This document shows positions 25,808-36,684 of a DNA stretch of 64,000 nucleotides, piece by piece. This stretch comes from Macrostomum lignano. Its lineage: Eukaryota. The notes below the pieces were generated by a model. That model had not been told where the DNA came from. It did not search any database and saw only the letters and a list, made by a program, of their open reading frames with translations. Made by a program: the position numbers and the translations under genes. Within the stretch, counting starts at the first letter, position 1, and the number at the start of each line of letters is the position of its first letter. The stretch covers positions 186,001-250,000 of the forward strand of contig NIVC01000291.1 in the NCBI GenBank assembly GCA_002269645.1, given 5' to 3'.

Positions 25808-26155
25808 TTGAATTTTATTAAAATAGAAATACTATCTGTCCAAGTTTCTGTCCAAGACATTCAGGCTGTAACTGGACACAAGCGCGCCGAGTCTGTAGTA
25901 CAACGTTACACAAAGAGGATCAGTTCCGAGAAGAAGCAGAAGCTATCCAATTGTCTCAGTGAGTGTCTTCAACCGGAAAATCGCATTGATAGTGTTCAGA
26001 TCTGCGATGCTCCGGCCACGGTTCCGACTGTCAGTGCCAATCCGGGATCTCCCAACGTGTCAGGAGGTGCGACGGCGACGGATGCTCTAACTGGCCAGCC
26101 TCGACAGTTGGTTGGGTCTTTTAATAATTCTACCTTCAATTTTTATTATAAGTGA
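25808..26155 (+). mobile_element. Tyrosine-recombinase (Crypton-like) C-terminal exon fragment B
   Basis: DIQAVTGHKRAESVVQRYTKRISSEKKQKLSNCL is box II with His and the catalytic Tyr. The C-terminus FNNSTFNF resembles Crypton/DUF3504 ends. Confidence 0.65.
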
Positions 26156-26259
26156 GTGATTGAGCAGACATTTGCAGGTGAGTCATTACTCACGCAAGAC
26201 TATTTTTGTTAGCAATTTGTTCACTATTTAAAAGGAAATTTAAAAACACCATCCTAACG

Positions 26260-26835
26260 TACTGAATAGCTAATCTCGTAAGTTTTTCGCACTATATTCT
26301 CTAAATCTTCTCTAAATCGCGTGTCCCCCGTGCTCTGCGTGCTGGTGTTGTCTATCAATTCAACTGCTCTGTTGACCAGAGCGTCTCCTACGTGGGGAAA
26401 ACTAAAAGACACCTGCACACCAGAACCAGGAAGCACTGGCTCAAACCGTCTGCTATATAGGATCACTTACTGCACTGTAGTAGCTGCTCTAACTGCAACC
26501 CAAACGAGCACTTTAAAATCATTGACCAACGTCAGTCGGACTTCAAACTTAGAATTCTTGAGGCCATGCACATAAAAGCCCAGTCACCCAGCCTAAACAC
26601 ACAACTCCAACATAGTGGCGCGGGTCACCCACTGGGTGTACATTCTTTCCGCCCCGGACTTCACTCTGCCGTACGGACTAACTCATGTGTTCTCCAATAT
26701 CGATTTGTTCAATAATTTTTCTAATTTTTCTTGTTGACCTACAACCAACTCCACATCTTTATTCGCAAAACCTGTTTAATTTCGTTGTTGAAAAAATAAA
26801 CCTAAGATGCACCTAGGAGTGCGAAACGCGTCGTT
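26260..26835 (+). mobile_element. 5'-truncated Penelope-like element: GIY-YIG endonuclease C-terminal part and 3' UTR
   Basis: Manual translation gives AGVVYQFNCSVDQSVSYVGKTKRHLHTRTRKH..PSAI*DHLLHC...EHFKIIDQRQSDFKLRILEAMHIKAQSPSLNTQ, with one stop. Confidence 0.8.
26798..26835 (+). ncRNA. Degenerate minimal type I hammerhead ribozyme at the Penelope 3' end
   Basis: AAC-CT(-)AAGA-T-GCAC-CTAGGA-GTGC-GAAAC-GC-GTC-GTT: helix II, GAAA, short palindromic helix III and a GUC site are present. The CUGA box lacks its G. Confidence 0.5.
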
Positions 26836-28270
26836 ACTTACACTATGTTGATTTTCGGATTCATATTCTCTAATTATTAGTTTACAATATTAAATTTGAC
26901 AATATGAAAATACCATCCATCATAACGTAATAACTGGTTAATAGTACATTAATACCCATGCTTTAAGGGCGTTAATGGGAAAATCAGAGGGCGCCTACGG
27001 CGTCCTTGACATAGACATTGTTGTGCCATAGACATTTGTGTCCTTGACAAAGTGGGACAAAATTAGCTAATTTGCATTAGAGTAAGTTTGAAATAGACAA
27101 TCGGGCGTTAAATGTCATTAACTGCCCGCTAATTTGCATTAAAGTAAGTGTGACTCCTGCAAGCTGGCTTAAATGTAGTTTATGGAATTAAAAGGCAAGA
27201 ATAAGTGCCCAGCGGGCACAAAGGACATGGTACAATAAATATTTCGTGTTCTTTAATTGTCCATAGTTTATTCAATGTTTTCGCTAAAATGTATTCAGTT
27301 GCCATAGACTACTGAATTATGTCTATGACAATGTCTTACGCGCTGTTTCTTTTACACTAAAAGGATTGAAGATTGAAGGATTGAAGTGAACTTTTCACTC
27401 GTAGTTTGTAGTCTACAAGCTTGTAGCTTATAATTTGTAACTCGTATGAGACGTAATTAAACGGGAAGTTTTTATTACCATGTGATCTGAATGACTTAAT
27501 GCTGCAGTAACATGTACCTGGTCAGTGAAGTTCGCACATACGAGCTAGATTGCCAAAATTTCGAGTAAAAATGTCTTTCCTCAGACTCAACATTTAACTA
27601 ACGAAACATTGACTCTTTTCAATTGTTTTTTCTACTTTTTATATTGGAATGTAACATGTACGTCATTTTAATTTTGGATGCAGCTTGCAATTTAGTCAGT
27701 AGGAAATGACGCACTGGAGGCAGTGCATTTGTCAAGAAGGCATCAAATACAGCATATGGAGGTGAAGCCTGCTTGGTGCTCGGCTCGCAGTTTGCAGAGA
27801 GATGGGGCTTACGGGACTGCGATTTAGCCCAGCAACTCTGGCCTTCTGTGCTCTCCCAGCTTTGCTGAGTGGACGGAAGTTAAAGTTATGTGGCTTTCCA
27901 GCCTGGCAGAATGAGCATGCACCTGATACTAGCAGTGCTGAGTCCAACTCAATCCTGATTCGCTGTCGGTGGTTGAGCGGCCAGTAACTCCCCCTGAATA
28001 AACACTAATATAGCAGGCTCCTGCTGTGTGCACCCAGTGAGTTTCTCCCGCAGTTGTTAAAAGTTCCTATTTTGCAAGAAATCGATCGTAGAAGAGCTGA
28101 GAATTCCAGCAAGAAAATAAAATCTTGTTCTCTGTGACTTGCCTGCGCAGTTGACAGCTGTCTCAGACCGAGCGCGTGAAGTCAATTACATACAGTAGCT
28201 CGTATTGGTTGCATTGATTACTCCACGCGATCGAGTAATAAAATTTCAGACAACTGTTCAGTTGATTGAA

Positions 28271-29190
28271 ATGCGCCACAGAAATGCCTTGTTTGCAGCC
28301 GCAGTGCTCAGCACATGCATTTGCCTGCTCCTGACCATCGGGGGAGGCGGCAACGGAGCAAAATTAATAAAGGGCGCGCAAAGTTCGACACATATGAACC
28401 CCGCAGGCAACCCATCAAGAAGAGACGCAAGCGGCACTAAAAATGCAAGCTTAAAGGCGCAAGCACGCGCATCCAATATCATCAAAATCTTGCACCAGAG
28501 CTGGAAGACCCGCCAGCTGCCGGCCAGAGCTGTGCGATGGAGCGCCAGCTGGAAGTCCTGCTTTCCCGACTGGGAGTGGCGCCTGTGGACCGACCAGGAC
28601 AACGTGGCTCTGGTGCGAGACCATTACGCCTGGTTTCTGCCGGTCTACAACGGCCAGAGGTACAACATCGAGAGGGCCGACCTGGCCAGGTATTTTTTTT
28701 GTACCATTTTGGCGGCATCTACACAGATCTGGACACGGTGTGCATGAAAAACTTCGAGCACCTGCTTCACTTAGAGACTCTCGTGTTCGGCGCCATGGAC
28801 ACTCACCCAGGTGACTCAGTGCTTCCCGGACAGCTGGTGCAGAACTCCTTCATGGCCTCCCTGCGGCCGGGACACCCGTTCTGGATGCGTCTTCTCAGAA
28901 GGATCGAGCGAAACTTCAATGCTGGAAAGAGAGGTCGGCCGGAGGACAACACGGGGCCCACGGTGCTCATGGAAGAGCTGCGGCTCTACGTGCGCAGCAA
29001 CGCCTCCGACGTGAAGGTTTATCCCGGAAAGTACTTCAACCCATTCAGCTGGACGCTGAGGAACAGCAAAATCTGCAAGGACTTCGGCCAGATGTCCGAC
29101 TCGGTTGAAAAGATCTGCATAAATTCCTTTCCCAAGGCATTCGTTGTACAGCTGCACACGCAGAGCTGGGGCCGGGGTCGCATGAGGTGA
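28271..29190 (+). CDS. Intronless glycosyltransferase family 32 (DXD; SUR1/CSH1/OCH1-like), type II membrane protein; apparent -1 frameshift in the T8 run at 28693-28700
   Basis: Signal anchor ALFAAAVLSTCICLLLTI, then IIKILHQSWKT, WRLWTD and ERADLARYF. The second frame continues (F)LYHFGGIYTDLD...NSFMAS..GHPFW...TGP. One extra T restores RYFFLYHFGGIYTDLD. Confidence 0.85.
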
Positions 29191-29982
29191 AAGCACTTTT
29201 GTACTGACTTAATTTAGCATGGACTTCCCCGGATCCGCGAAGTAGTGAAGGCAAGTATAAATTCTACTACCGTCCCAAGAGTAGTCACTTATGAACCCAT
29301 GGAGATCAGAGGCCAATAGCTCGCCGGTCGGTAGCAACAGATCCAGCATGAAACTGCATTTTTAGGAGCTGCGTCACTAGCAAAAATGAATCAAATGAAC
29401 ATGAGATGCTCGGATGTTGCGCCACAAAAATTGAACCCGTATGAGCTAGCCTCGTCTCATTTTATGTCTCCCAGAGCAAAAAAAAATGTTGCTTTTAGGC
29501 GGCGCGGAAGAAGAAAAATATTGGGGGGGGAGCACAAGAACAAGCTAATATTTTTGGATGGGGAAGCCGTTCTAGTACATTATTTAGTCATTTTAATTAA
29601 CTCCCTTTCCGCTGCTGCCCTATGTACAAATGCAGCATATTGGAGTAGGATTCTGCGCTCCTTGACCTCCTTGGCCTCCTGCGCCGTAATGCATTGAAAA
29701 TTGTTGTGCGGTTTGATATTTAGACAAATGCACAGTTAATATTCTTGTTGTGGGTTTGTTCTTAAAACCACGTACATGAAAAGTACATGAAAATGTACTT
29801 TTGACGGATTCCTTTGCAGCAAATCTTTTATTTCTGATCCTGTCGGGCTTTTTAGTGCGGTAATCAATAAGATGCTCAATCGATATACATGTACTTAGTC
29901 ATATCTTCGATCAAAATCTAGGACGTCTTGGGTCGCCCTAAAATCAAAGGACCTGTCAACTTAAGCTCACAAAGTGGAGCCC

Positions 29983-30245
29983 GAGTAACCTATGTACACG
30001 GATAATACGTCGTTCTGCTCACAGTGACACCGGGAGGCTGGGTTCGGCAAAAAAACGAAAATTGGACTTGTAACTAGTTTAGGGATAGTTATGTCAACTC
30101 AAGCGCATAAAGTAGACTCCCTAATTACCCCTTGCTTATTGTTCTCCCCTATCCCAAGTCTGATTTTTGTTGCTTTTTTGCCAAGCCCAACTTCCTGGTG
30201 TCACTGTGAGCAGAATGGCATGTTATTTGTGTACATAGGTTACTC
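29983..30245. mobile_element. MITE-like foldback element with imperfect TIRs of about 100 bp
   Basis: gagtaacctatgtacac...ctgctcacagtgacacc at the left is mirrored by ggtgtcactgtgagcag...gtgtacataggttactc at the right. No clear TSD. Confidence 0.6.
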
Positions 30246-31218
30246 AGGTTAATTAAAAGGTGGGGCAAGTAAGTCACAAATTTGTTTTAATAATTGGGTT
30301 GAAGACAAAAATGGTTATGGCTCAATTTTCTACTTATAGTAGGCACCTAAAAATGTAAACATATTTTGTATTTTAAAAATCTCTTCCTCATATAAAACCG
30401 GCTATATAGCTTCTCTTCTCTTATTGGTTGAGACTAATTTACTTGTTTAAAAGGGCCAAAAATAGAGTAGGATTCAAAATGGATCTGTCACTCACTCACT
30501 GACAACAAGCAGTCAGGAACATAGATATACAAAATGGCAGGCGCATATCCATATTTGGTCTGTCTCAAGGACCACTAGGAACACTTCGTTATATAGTATA
30601 GTAGTCCTTGGGTCAACCATTGGGCCAACATGCCTGTGGCATGTCTCTTGGCGTGCAACCACTTCAACGCTGCAGCGTCAGTGCGCAGGCCTTGGTCTGT
30701 CTCTACAGCCAGTTCGCGATGGACAAGAGGCAATTGAGTGTTCTCAGTGCCTGAATTGACAGCACAGTGCATGCGATAGTCGCATCCCAATCAATCAGTA
30801 TGCTGCAATGAGAAATATCGATGTGAGTTTTCTGACTTTGCAAGCAATGCAACGGATGGGCTCCTGCAGGTAACTTAGCAGTGTCTCAAGCTGCAGATGC
30901 TGCAGTGGTACAAGCTTCAAATGCTGGACCAGCGCCTGTGCCTGCTGAAAATCGAGAACCAGTGCATCTGATTTCAACACTGGGAAAAATTTTTTACCAG
31001 TATCCAGGTTTCAATGACCGCCCCTCAGCCTTCCCCTTCCCCAGCCCTTTGAGCTTCTTACAGGTGCGGGATGCAATCCACGGCAAAGACCTTCTGGTGC
31101 AGTACGTCCAGCGAGACCTTGGCCATCTGATGGAAACACGTACTATCGCTGCACTAAGCGTTTATCACTGCACTGTCATGGCTCAGCCGGGCTGATGGAA
31201 CCATAGAAGCCCTTGCCC

Positions 31219-31608
31219 CATGGATGAATGAATAGAATGGATTGCTGTTCTGGCTCTGGCTATTTTCGTTTTTGACTCTTTTGCATCCGGTTCCCCCCCG
31301 TGCCTTTTCATTGGTTGATGATTGCCATAGACGGTTTTCGGCCTTCGCCCCTTTCTTTCGATGCACAAGCGCTTTCGCTCGTGTTTTGAAATAAAGGGGG
31401 AAGACCTACGAGCGCTCGATATTCTCTGCAAGTAACTGACATTCTCAGTTCTTTGCGCCTGTGCATCGAAAGAAAGGGGCGAAGGCCGAAAATTGTCTAT
31501 GGCAATCATCAACCAATGAAAAGGCACGGGGGGGAACCGGGTGCAAAAGAGTCAAAAACGAAAATAGCCAGAGCCAGAATAGCAATCCATTCTATTCATT
31601 CATCCATG
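31219..31608. mobile_element. hAT-type MITE, second copy (390 bp, spacer inverted relative to 13597), 8-bp TSD CCTTGCCC
   Basis: The TSD is identical at 31211-31218 and 31609-31616. Same CATGGATGAATG termini as the first copy. Confidence 0.9.
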
Positions 31609-31974
31609 CCTTGCCCCGCACACATGCGGTAGGCCAGCTCAGAAGAGAAAGGCAGCAAAGGAGGCAAAGGAGGGAGCGAAGCGCTTGCTGTTTACCTCTG
31701 CTAGAAATATCGCGGAGGAAAAGGTAAGGGAATTTTCCCCAGAAGTGCAGGAGGTATTGAGTCATTGAGTCTCAATGCTAATTACAGCGGCAAAACGCTC
31801 GCGCTCATGGAACCTGTTACCATACTGTACATGTATACATTTCCAAGTTGATACTAGAAATGTACCTGCCCAGCTTCAATTGCAGGATGCGGCAGTTCCA
31901 GAGGCAAATAGGCGACACTTCATCGTCATGACAACAACTCAGCGAGAGTATTATCATCCCGAAGATGAGACAGC

Positions 31975-32270
31975 AGAGGCGAGATAAAAGAGTAGAGAAA
32001 GGAGAGAGAAAAGAGTAGAGAGATGAGATGAGAGATGAGAGAGAGGAGAGAAAAAATTGTAGAAATGGAGAGGAGGGATAAGAGAGTAGAGAGGAGAGAT
32101 AACGACGTAGAGAGAAGATAGGAGAGGGAAGGGATAAAATTTTAGAAATGCAAAAGGAGAGAGCAGAGACGATAAATGAGATGAGAAAAGAAAGGAAAGA
32201 GGAAAGAGAAGGGAGAAAAGAGGAGATAGAAGAGAGGAGAGAAAGGAGAAGAGAGAGGTGAGAAGTCTCA
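31975..32270. repeat. Purine-rich (GA) low-complexity tract
   Basis: Nearly pure A/G on the plus strand. Confidence 0.85.
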
Positions 32271-32801
32271 AATGCATCAAATATTAATTTTCGAGCTAAC
32301 ACGAGTTCACTCCAATGTTGTTTACCTCCATCCTGACTATTAACAAGTTTTTGTTTGAGTAGAGATTTAAGAATGTATACGTATGCAAAATAGTTCCGGG
32401 CATTGGAGTTCAACGAGTTCAAAATCCGCAGGTAATTATAAACACTATGCGCTGATGGATTTGAAACCAGGGACAACTAAAACACTCGGGACGCGAATCA
32501 TGTTTTAGTTGTCCCTGTTTGAAGCCAGTATCCACGAGCTATGATACAAAAATTCAGACTTGCTAGTAAGGATCACCTAGTACATGTTGTAGAACCACTC
32601 TACTACAGTGGTCCTTGTTACTTGCTTTAGGTAGTACTACCTACAGTAAAGGGATTTAGGTAGTACTACCTACAGTAAAGGGAAGCGCTTTTATCTACTA
32701 ATCTAATTTCATTAGAAAATCTGTCTCCAAGACTTGAAGGTTTATAACCCAACCCCAATCGCAGCCAATAGGAGACGATATATATACGAGTATACATGTA
32801 G

Positions 32802-33660
32802 GTGCTTGACTGGGTGCTGCGGAACTGCTCTCCCTTCTAACGACGACGGCTTCCTGCTGCAGCAACGCGTGGGTCGACGCCAACTGGAGAGGCGGCTCAG
32901 CGTGCTTGGCTAAGCCGACGATCTCGCCCTGCTGTCCTCGACCGTCGAGGGCGCCCAGCACCAGCTGGACCGGCTCGTGAGCGTTGCGGCGAGCGTCGGT
33001 CTGGTGATCAACACACAGAAGACCGTCGTGCTCTGCGTGCCGGACGACATCGAGGCTGCAATTTTCTGCCGAGGCGCCGATGGACAGGTGACGAAGCTTC
33101 CGTGCTGTCAGCAGTTACATGTAGTCTACCTCGGCGGTCTGGTGCCTGACGTTCGCGAGGATCTGCGACGTCGCCGTGGACTTGCCTGGGCTGCCTTTCG
33201 TTCCGTGAGGGCGGCGTTGTTCCAGGCGGTAATCGAGACCGTCCTGTTGTACAACGCCAAGACCTGAACGCTGACGGATTCGCTCGAACAGCTGGTCTAT
33301 CCGGTGCACGCTTGTCTGCTGCACGCACGTCACCAATGCGGCACTCCATCGCCGCAACGGCCTGTCCCGTCCCAGCGAACTGTTGCGCCGTCGGCGACTC
33401 CAGCTGGCAGCCCATTTCATCCAAGCCAAGTCGTACTGCCCGCAGCCGGTGCAGGAGGTGCTGCTGCTGCTGACACTGCAGACACCCTACTGGCGGGGAC
33501 AGGCGCGCACTCGGCGTTTCATCGACTGCCCTGCTATCTGATGCCGGCGCCCCAGACACTGCTGGCGTGCGGTCTACGTTCGCGCCCAGTCCTTGAAACA
33601 CGCTCTGTATAACGTCTGCTGACTGACTTTTTTGTATTTTGTTGTTGTTGTTGTTGTTGT
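32802..33660 (+). mobile_element. 5'-truncated RTE-clade LINE, second copy, with (TTG)n 3' tail
   Basis: VLDWVLR(T)ALPSNDDGFLL...LSVLG*ADDLALLSSTVEG..QLDRLVSVAASVGLVINTQKT...YLGGLV...LFQAVIETVLLYNA. Ends ttgttgttgttgttgttgt. Confidence 0.85.
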
Positions 33661-33704
33661 AGTAGACCTACTAAAATTAGTTGTCTATATATCTAATAGA
33701 CAAC

Positions 33705-34117
33705 AGCGCTTACCGCGCCCATTGGCTTTCCAGCTGCCTTAATCGTTTCCGGTGATCTTGTGTGCGTGCTTTCAGCTTGATTGGCTGCGGCAAGCAAGCT
33801 CGAAAGAGCTCGCTTCGCTCGCTCTTTCTCGCTATCTACTATCTATAGCCAGGACCTGCACCGGAGCGGTTACGAAAATTAGATTTCTCGGTAGTTGCAC
33901 GTACTCTTTTGCACTACTTGAGTAGTCTGATTTTCGTTCGGCATGGCTGGTTCCAGCAGGTAGTTCCTCTGGATAAAAGCGCTTACCGCGCCCATTGGCT
34001 TTCCAGCTGCCTTAATCGTTTCCGGTGATCTTGTGTGCGTGCTTTCAGCTTGATTGGCTGCGGCAAGCAAGCTCGAAAGAGCTCGCTTCGCTCGCTCTTT
34101 CTCGCTATCTACTATCT
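33705..34117. repeat. 140-bp direct repeat pair (33705-33844 and 33978-34117)
   Basis: Identical agcgcttaccgcgcccattgg...ctcgctatctactatct blocks, 273 bp apart. Confidence 0.9.
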
Positions 34118-34479
34118 GTGACAAGCTGTTGAAGCCCGCGAATTTTAAACCCGCTGAATTCTAATCCCCAAAATCATTTTTTGCATGCACTCTAACATCT
34201 GAAGTTATACTCAAACAAAACGTGTTAGTTGGGACTTGGGGCGGATACCCGTACAAAACTTGGAGTACATAAATAGAAAGAATAGAATCTAGTAGGACTC
34301 CGCAAACACTTACATGTACAACATCAGGCAGGACAGTGCAGTAGTCTAACTGAATAATTTTTGAAGAAAGGAAATGGAAATGAGATAAATTTGTAGCTTT
34401 TGAGTAAAACAAGTAAGCGATAGTAACTGCTGCCCGCCCCCATCAGCTGGCAGAGCATGTGGCGCCCCTTGACAGTAGG

Positions 34480-34835
34480 TGTAGCGCCCCGTCTTTTCGG
34501 CTTGGTGCCGTTTCTCTCGTTTCTACTCTCCTCTCAATTCTTTCTCCTTTTCTCTCCTCCTCCTCTCTAATTTATCCTCCTCTCTCCTCTCTAATTTCTT
34601 CTCTCTTCTCTCTGCTCTCATCTCTCATCTCTCCTATCTTCTCTCTACTCCGTCCTCTCTCCTCTCTTCTCTCTCCTCTCCTCTGTTCTCATTTCTTAAC
34701 TCATATCTCTCTCTTAACTCTTACTCTCTCCTCGATATCTTCCTTCTCCAGCTCTCTTCTCTTTACTTCCTCTCTTCTATCTCTCCTCTTTACTTTCTCT
34801 TCTCTCTCATCCGTCCTCTCCCGTCTTCTCTCTTT
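34480..34835. repeat. Pyrimidine-rich (CT) low-complexity tract
   Basis: Nearly pure C/T on the plus strand. Confidence 0.85.
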
Positions 34836-35971
34836 TGTGTCAAATTTGAAGTGGTAATTAAAGACACAAAGTGGAGCAATGCTATGGAGAATTTAATGAA
34901 AAATTGCACTCTTAAAAGCTTTTTGCCCTTTTAGGTAGGAAGACTTGAATCCATAGTCCATAGCGAACAAATTTGTACCCAGACAGACAGACAGAGTTTT
35001 CATTTTATAGTTAGAGATAGATTTCAGAAAAAAAAACTTATAAGACCTATTCCTATATTCCATGTCTACAGCCCTTCAGATCGAGCTACAAAGAAATTTT
35101 TTTAGCATAATTCAAGCCACTAAAACACGTAAAGACAAGAAATCAACTAGCCGTACAGAAGGTTTTTTAAGCAAATATTGAACTTAAGATTTTTTATTAA
35201 GAGCCGTACACAGTAAAAAATTAAACTTTTTATTCTAAAACTTATATATAACTGTGTTAAAAATACTAAGAATAACATATTTTTTTAAAATACGATTTAC
35301 TGAGTTTTTCACTTTTCAGAATAATTCGTTCGCAACCCTGCGACGTCGCAAAATCGCAAATAAACCTGCAATTGCTTGCAGGTATGCAGTAGCAGCAGCA
35401 GTTTAGTTAAGAAACGGTATACTTGTTTTTCTAATTCCATTCTAGTTTAGGTGCTTATTTCCTTATTAATATTATAAAGCTTGAATTTTAAAGAATTCCA
35501 ACTAGCCACTAGGCAACAAATGAGCGAGTGGCGAGCTTAGTCAGATGTTGGATGAGCCTAGGCAGCCAAAATAAATATATTTTGTTTCTAATAAATAGGA
35601 CGAGGCCATTATAGTATTTTAATTTTTTAAATGCTAGCTAATCATTTGCCAAATATTTTGCGTTTGTTGCCTATAGGCGATAGTTACCTAGACATTCTAG
35701 TCTAAACCTATTTATTTAAAGTAGTAGTTCCAGTATTTTTTAATTAGAAAAATGCATAAATATATAATTTGCATTTCATCGTGTAGGTCTTCTTGATCGG
35801 TTTTCAAACAATAAGTTTGTGAAAGTTGGTCTTAGAGGGTTTGGTAGATCTAGGGCCTAGTCTTCTTATTCACCTTATATTTTGGCCATCTCTTTATTCT
35901 TATTAGGCATATTCTTCCTATTTTTGCCTTCTCTCAAACTCCTTATTCTCCCTTTCTAGGTCAGAACTCAT

Positions 35972-36190
35972 CTGGGTTTTTTGTGCGAATGGGTGCGAAT
36001 AGCATCCTGGTCTTAAAAATCGCACCCTGAAATTTGACTCAGGGTACGAAAAGCGCACCCAAATTTTTGCAAGGATGTGATGCGGGTTTTACAATTTGCA
36101 GTGCAGCACATCCTGGTCTTGAAAATCGCATCCTGAAATCTAGCACAGGGTGCGAAATTGCACCCAAGTTATGGACGAAAAAAAACCCAG
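35972..36190. mobile_element. 219-bp MITE, 11-bp TIR CTGGGTTTTTT, 8-bp TSD GAACTCAT
   Basis: TSD at 35964-35971 and 36191-36198. Internal repeats (catcctggtctt.aaaatcgca.cctgaaat). Confidence 0.8.
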
Positions 36191-36237
36191 GAACTCATAA
36201 TAGGCTTATTTACTTTTTCCAAAAGGCTTAGCTTTTT

Positions 36238-36684
36238 GGTCACTGGTCAGATTGTCATATTCCATTTTGTCATATTGGATGACAAAGTGACCAGAACCAA
36301 AGTAGCTTGAAAAATAATATGATGAAGTGACCAAATATTTAGTTATGCTGGATACTTTGTCATCAACCAATCAATCTGTACATGATTTGAGTTAGTGTAA
36401 ACTATTTTTTGTTTAATAACTATAAGCTGCGGCAAGCAGAACTGATCGATCAACAGGTTTTATCAATCAAGATGACAAAATGACTGGGATCATTAGGATT
36501 TCAAGTAAATATATTTAATTGCCACAATAATTCACTTAAAGTTGGAACTAATATGATTGGTAGATGATGAAATGACTCTCTTCAAGTAGTGCATGTTAAT
36601 TAAGATGACGAAGTGACCATAGTTAAGGTGAGCACCCCAGTCACCCAGATGACAAAATGGCAAATGACAAAATGACTAGGAACC
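36238..36684. mobile_element. 447-bp non-autonomous DNA transposon, GG-starting imperfect TIRs, 8-bp TSD AGCTTTTT (Merlin- or Mutator-like)
   Basis: TSD at 36230-36237 and 36685-36692. Ends GGTCACTGGTCA and TGACTAGGAACC. Many internal GATGA(CA)AAGTGACC motifs. Confidence 0.65.

Noticed and set aside
30575-31195. GC-richer, coding-looking patch next to the second hAT MITE
   Set aside because: Frames gave only vague resemblance to decayed transposon proteins; not supportable.
31817-34857. Leu/Ser-rich membrane-like ORFs (31817-32476, 31954-32280, 34459-34857)
   Set aside because: Translations of GA/CT low-complexity tracts; the two tracts are not a true inverted-repeat pair.
34860-35025. Possible Helentron/DINE-like end (cagacagacagacagag...ttttatag..agatagat)
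   Set aside because: Only a loose motif, and the other end could not be located.
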